Positions 17,484 to 20,000 of a stretch of 20,000 bases of DNA are shown here, piece after piece. The notes under the pieces were generated by a model. The model was not told the DNA's origin. It saw nothing but the letters and a program-made list of their open reading frames with translations, and did no database searches. Made by a program: the position numbers and the translations under genes. Within the stretch, counting starts at the first letter, position 1; each line of letters opens with the position of its first letter. Source of the stretch: an uncultured virus (IMG/VR IMGVR_UViG_3300008050_000034) (taxonomy: Duplodnaviria > Heunggongvirae > Uroviricota > Caudoviricetes). The stretch lies in the IMG/VR virus record IMGVR_UViG_3300008050_000034. One strand, given 5' to 3'.

Positions 17484-18292
17484 CTTGCCCTCTGTTCGCA
17501 GAAGTAATTATACGGGCAGTCCTTACACTGATACTTGTCTGCGTCTGCGATGGGAGGCTCCCCCGCTTCTATTGCAGCCTCTACAAGAGAGCCCTTCTTT
17601 CTCCACCAACGCTTATAGACTCGCTCGTTGTACGGGAGGACGAACTCTTTGACTTCGTGAGGCCACAGCTTTGACACGTACAGGTACGACACGAAGGGAA
17701 CATCTAGCGCAGTAGCGTAGATGCCCATAGCCTGAGTTAGGTGCTCGGGCTTCGGCTCTGTAAGCCTGTCAAACTCCTTACCTATGGACTTGATCTCAAG
17801 GAGAACCCTCGCAGTAGGAAGAACACAAACCCCGTCAGTGCGCGAGTTTATGACGAATGCTTCGTCCAGATCTACTCGTACTTCATCTTTGAAGTTCTCT
17901 CCGAGAGAGGCATGCAACGCTTTCTGCACTACATCATGGATTGCGTGGCCCATCTGAAAGGTGATCTGCAACTGCGTGTTGATGTTTGACTTAGGGGCCT
18001 TGTCCGCAATCACGTCGTAGTAGAGACGCCGGACGCACATGTGCGCGGAGCTGGCGTGAATTGTCCCCACACTCCTCTTAGGGGCCTTATAGAGACCACT
18101 CCCCCGACAAGGTCGACACTCAAGGTCCGGCTCTTTTGCCTTCCAATCTTCGTACTCCTCGAGGGTTGCCCCGACTTGAGTACCCATCTTTTTGGCCCCT
18201 ATGTAGAAGTAGCCTCGTAGGTCAATGCCTGACCTGACGTTCTCGATCTCCTCTGCCGTATAGTCTTTTAGATCACTGATTGTGTTTATCAT
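17480..18292 (-). CDS. Cas4-like PD-(D/E)XK exonuclease with a predicted Fe-S staple (270 aa; probable start 18292)
   Basis: HASSAHMCVRRLYY, GHAIH, RTDG, LLEIKS, QAMGIY and C-terminal CKDCPYNYFC give the 1+3 Cys arrangement of Cas4/AddB nucleases. ATG 18292 reduces the overlap with the upstream gene to 20 nt. Confidence 0.85.
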   Translation of the reverse strand: MINTISDLKDYTAEEIENVRSGIDLRGYFYIGAKKMGTQVGATLEEYEDWKAKEPDLECRPCRGSGLYKAPKRSVGTIHASSAHMCVRRLYYDVIADKAPKSNINTQLQITFQMGHAIHDVVQKALHASLGENFKDEVRVDLDEAFVINSRTDGVCVLPTARVLLEIKSIGKEFDRLTEPKPEHLTQAMGIYATALDVPFVSYLYVSKLWPHEVKEFVLPYNERVYKRWWRKKGSLVEAAIEAGEPPIADADKYQCKDCPYNYFCEQRAR

Positions 18293-18746
18293 GCTTGTAC
18301 ATTTCCAGTAGTTGAAAGAACCACCCCTCTGGCACAACACAGTAGGAGTCATTCTGTTCACGAAATTCGATTAGGAAGACAGGGATTTGGTCCCCTGTAG
18401 AAGCGGAGGCAACCTTCTGTAGGTCGATCTGCTTCAAGGTGAAGGAAGCCTTGTCCGTATACTTACATTCCATCCGGATGTGCTCCGACTTTACGTCGGC
18501 CTTATCGATGGGTGTCTGTCCCGAAGCAATAGTCTGTCTTGCTCCTACAGCCTTTGCCTTCTTTTTCTCTTGCCTGTCTGCCTGTCCTCTAGTGCTCTTA
18601 GCTCTACTTTTCTTGGGGGTATATTCCAATAGAGTGACTTCATGCCGAGGGAAGGCCCTATGGCACTTCTTGCACCGTATCTTCCCTAGAGCCCATGTCT
18701 GAAGATTAAAGCCCCCGCAGAAGGGGCAAGCCTTCTTGCGAGCCAT
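18273..18746 (-). CDS. Hjc-type PD-(D/E)XK Holliday junction resolvase-like protein with an N-terminal Zn ribbon
   Basis: CPFC-x14-CKKC, then QEKK...ASG...KADV...MECK, matching the Hjc-like E / SG / D / ExK catalytic pattern. TAATG coupling to recA. Confidence 0.75.
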   Translation of the reverse strand: MARKKACPFCGGFNLQTWALGKIRCKKCHRAFPRHEVTLLEYTPKKSRAKSTRGQADRQEKKKAKAVGARQTIASGQTPIDKADVKSEHIRMECKYTDKASFTLKQIDLQKVASASTGDQIPVFLIEFREQNDSYCVVPEGWFFQLLEMYKHDKHNQ

Positions 18747-19903
18747 TAGTACGAACAGCGGACATTGGCAGCCCGTAAAGTCTGAGCCTCTATCTCGTCC
18801 AGGAGTCCCTGCTCCAGTATGAATGTTGCTGCGCTCTTCACTCCCTGTCCTAGCTTCTCTCCCTGATAGGAATACCAGGACCCGCTCCGGGTCAAGATGC
18901 CATAGTCTCCTGCCACTGCAGCAGAGTGAGCCACCCTATCTATCCCGGTTAGGTCAAAGATGAAGTCATAGGTGCCATTAGCCCCTTCGTGCCCGCCCGC
19001 CTTTTGCTTCGTGATCTCCCATCTGATGGTCTTACCTAGGAACTTGCTGCCTTCCTTGACCTTAGCTACGGGAGACATCTGAACGGTCAGCCAGCGTGCG
19101 TGCTTCAAGGCCCACCCACCTGCTTCGATAGTCTTTGGGCTATACTTGTTGGCCCTGTCAGTGTTGTCCCGTACCTGGTTGATGCCAATGATGCAGGTCA
19201 GGTTGGGGTCTCCGTGCTTATTGGGAGCCAGTGCGTGGTTCAGTCTTCTTGCAAATCTTGTGTTTAGGAGAGCAGCTCCTCCGACTCGAGGGGCGTCACT
19301 CATGCTCTGGTCTTCGTCGTGCTCCGTTAGGAGACTCCCAAAGGAGTCAATCAGCACGATGTCAAATTCCCTGCTCTCTACAAGGTCAAGAGCGATGTCG
19401 AATGACTCCTCTGCCGTAGAGGGAGGTACCGTAACGAAAGACCCGACCTGGTCTTGAAGCTCCAAGATGTCTTCTTCGGGGAGGGGCTCTCCAAGCTCCT
19501 CCTCGTATTGCCTAGCGAATTGAGCAATCTCTAGGTCCGAGAAGGCGACTCGTACTCCGCAGGAGCGAGCAAACATCTTGTCGTAAACCATCTCAGTCGA
19601 GACAACAGCAATCGAAGTGTCTTCTCCGTGTTGAAGCTGATGCTCTCTCATTACCTGGTTTGCCAACCAGTTCTTGCCTACTCCTTGCTTCCCGATGAAG
19701 AAGGACATGCCTCCCGCAGGGAGCCCTCCGGACATTCCAATGTCCAGATCCAGGATTCCAGTAGGTAGGCGCTTTAGGACCCAAGGCATCGTATACTCGC
19801 CTGCCTCGTAGATCCTTCCCGGGTACCTGGATTTTAGTTTGTTAATTACTGCCTGAAGGCTATTTCCGCCTTCGGTCTTTTGTTCCTTCTTCTTTTTGGG
19901 CAT
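18746..19903 (-). CDS. recA: Phage RecA-family recombinase (385 aa; probable start ATG 19903)
   Basis: PTGILDLDIGMSGGLPAG, Walker A GKQGVGKN, catalytic E in STEMVYD, Walker B DIVLIDS, INQVR, GGWALKH, KQK, and the RecA C-terminal domain GSWYSYQGEKLGQG. GGGAG SD before ATG 19903. Confidence 0.93.
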   Translation of the reverse strand: MPKKKKEQKTEGGNSLQAVINKLKSRYPGRIYEAGEYTMPWVLKRLPTGILDLDIGMSGGLPAGGMSFFIGKQGVGKNWLANQVMREHQLQHGEDTSIAVVSTEMVYDKMFARSCGVRVAFSDLEIAQFARQYEEELGEPLPEEDILELQDQVGSFVTVPPSTAEESFDIALDLVESREFDIVLIDSFGSLLTEHDEDQSMSDAPRVGGAALLNTRFARRLNHALAPNKHGDPNLTCIIGINQVRDNTDRANKYSPKTIEAGGWALKHARWLTVQMSPVAKVKEGSKFLGKTIRWEITKQKAGGHEGANGTYDFIFDLTGIDRVAHSAAVAGDYGILTRSGSWYSYQGEKLGQGVKSAATFILEQGLLDEIEAQTLRAANVRCSY

Positions 19904-20000
19904 GTTTCTCCCATGGCTCCGTCCCACAACTGGGGCAGTGGGGGGTTAGTGAAGTGAAGTCCACAGACCTAGATCCGCATTGCGGGCAGGGCCTGGCTCC
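19860..20000 (-). CDS. C-terminal part of a Zn-ribbon protein (not in the ORF track; starts beyond the window)
   Basis: Manual translation: ...GARPCPQCGSRSVDFTSLTPHCPSCGTEPWEKHAQKEEGTKDRRRK* (TAG at 19862-19860). Two CPxCG knuckles. Overlaps the recA start. Confidence 0.75.
   Translation of the reverse strand, partial: GARPCPQCGSRSVDFTSLTPHCPSCGTEPWEKHAQKEEGTKDRRRK

Noticed and set aside
17480..18292. CRISPR-Cas locus suggested by the Cas4-like gene
   Set aside because: No repeat-spacer array, cas1, cas2 or effector genes are visible. The context is recombination.
18293..18361. Upstream extension of the Cas4-like ORF given in the ORF track
   Set aside because: It lies wholly within the resolvase gene. 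ATG 18292 fits the operon's short-overlap pattern better.
19442..19552. RecA insertion as an intein
   Set aside because: Far too short, and it lacks the N-terminal Cys/Ser block and C-terminal His-Asn splicing motifs.

Overview
Gene-dense, standard-code segment that reads as part of a large tailed phage genome (jumbo-like myovirus inferred; host unknown), with two convergent blocks. The + strand (<1..14967) carries translationally coupled virion genes: a truncated acidic beta-rich protein, a 1734-aa PKD/baseplate-wedge-like protein, a small basic protein, a tail-collar-fibre-like protein and a 2350-aa tail-fibre-like protein. The - strand (>20000..15089) carries a recombination/DNA-binding operon: a Zn-ribbon protein, a divergent RecA, a Zn-ribbon Hjc-type resolvase, a solo Cas4-like nuclease, a UvsY-like coiled coil, a RusA-like resolvase, a Rho-N/HeH Cys-rich protein and a histone-H1-like protein, closed by an intrinsic terminator. 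The most notable observation is a complete candidate -1 ribosomal frameshift signal at the end of the H1-like gene: an internal SD, an in-phase G_GGA_AAC heptamer, a 7-nt spacer and a GNRA hairpin. It would append a 56-aa HeH/Rho-N-like domain that the ORF track misses and that ends just before the terminator. All family calls come from motif recognition by eye; no database searches were run.
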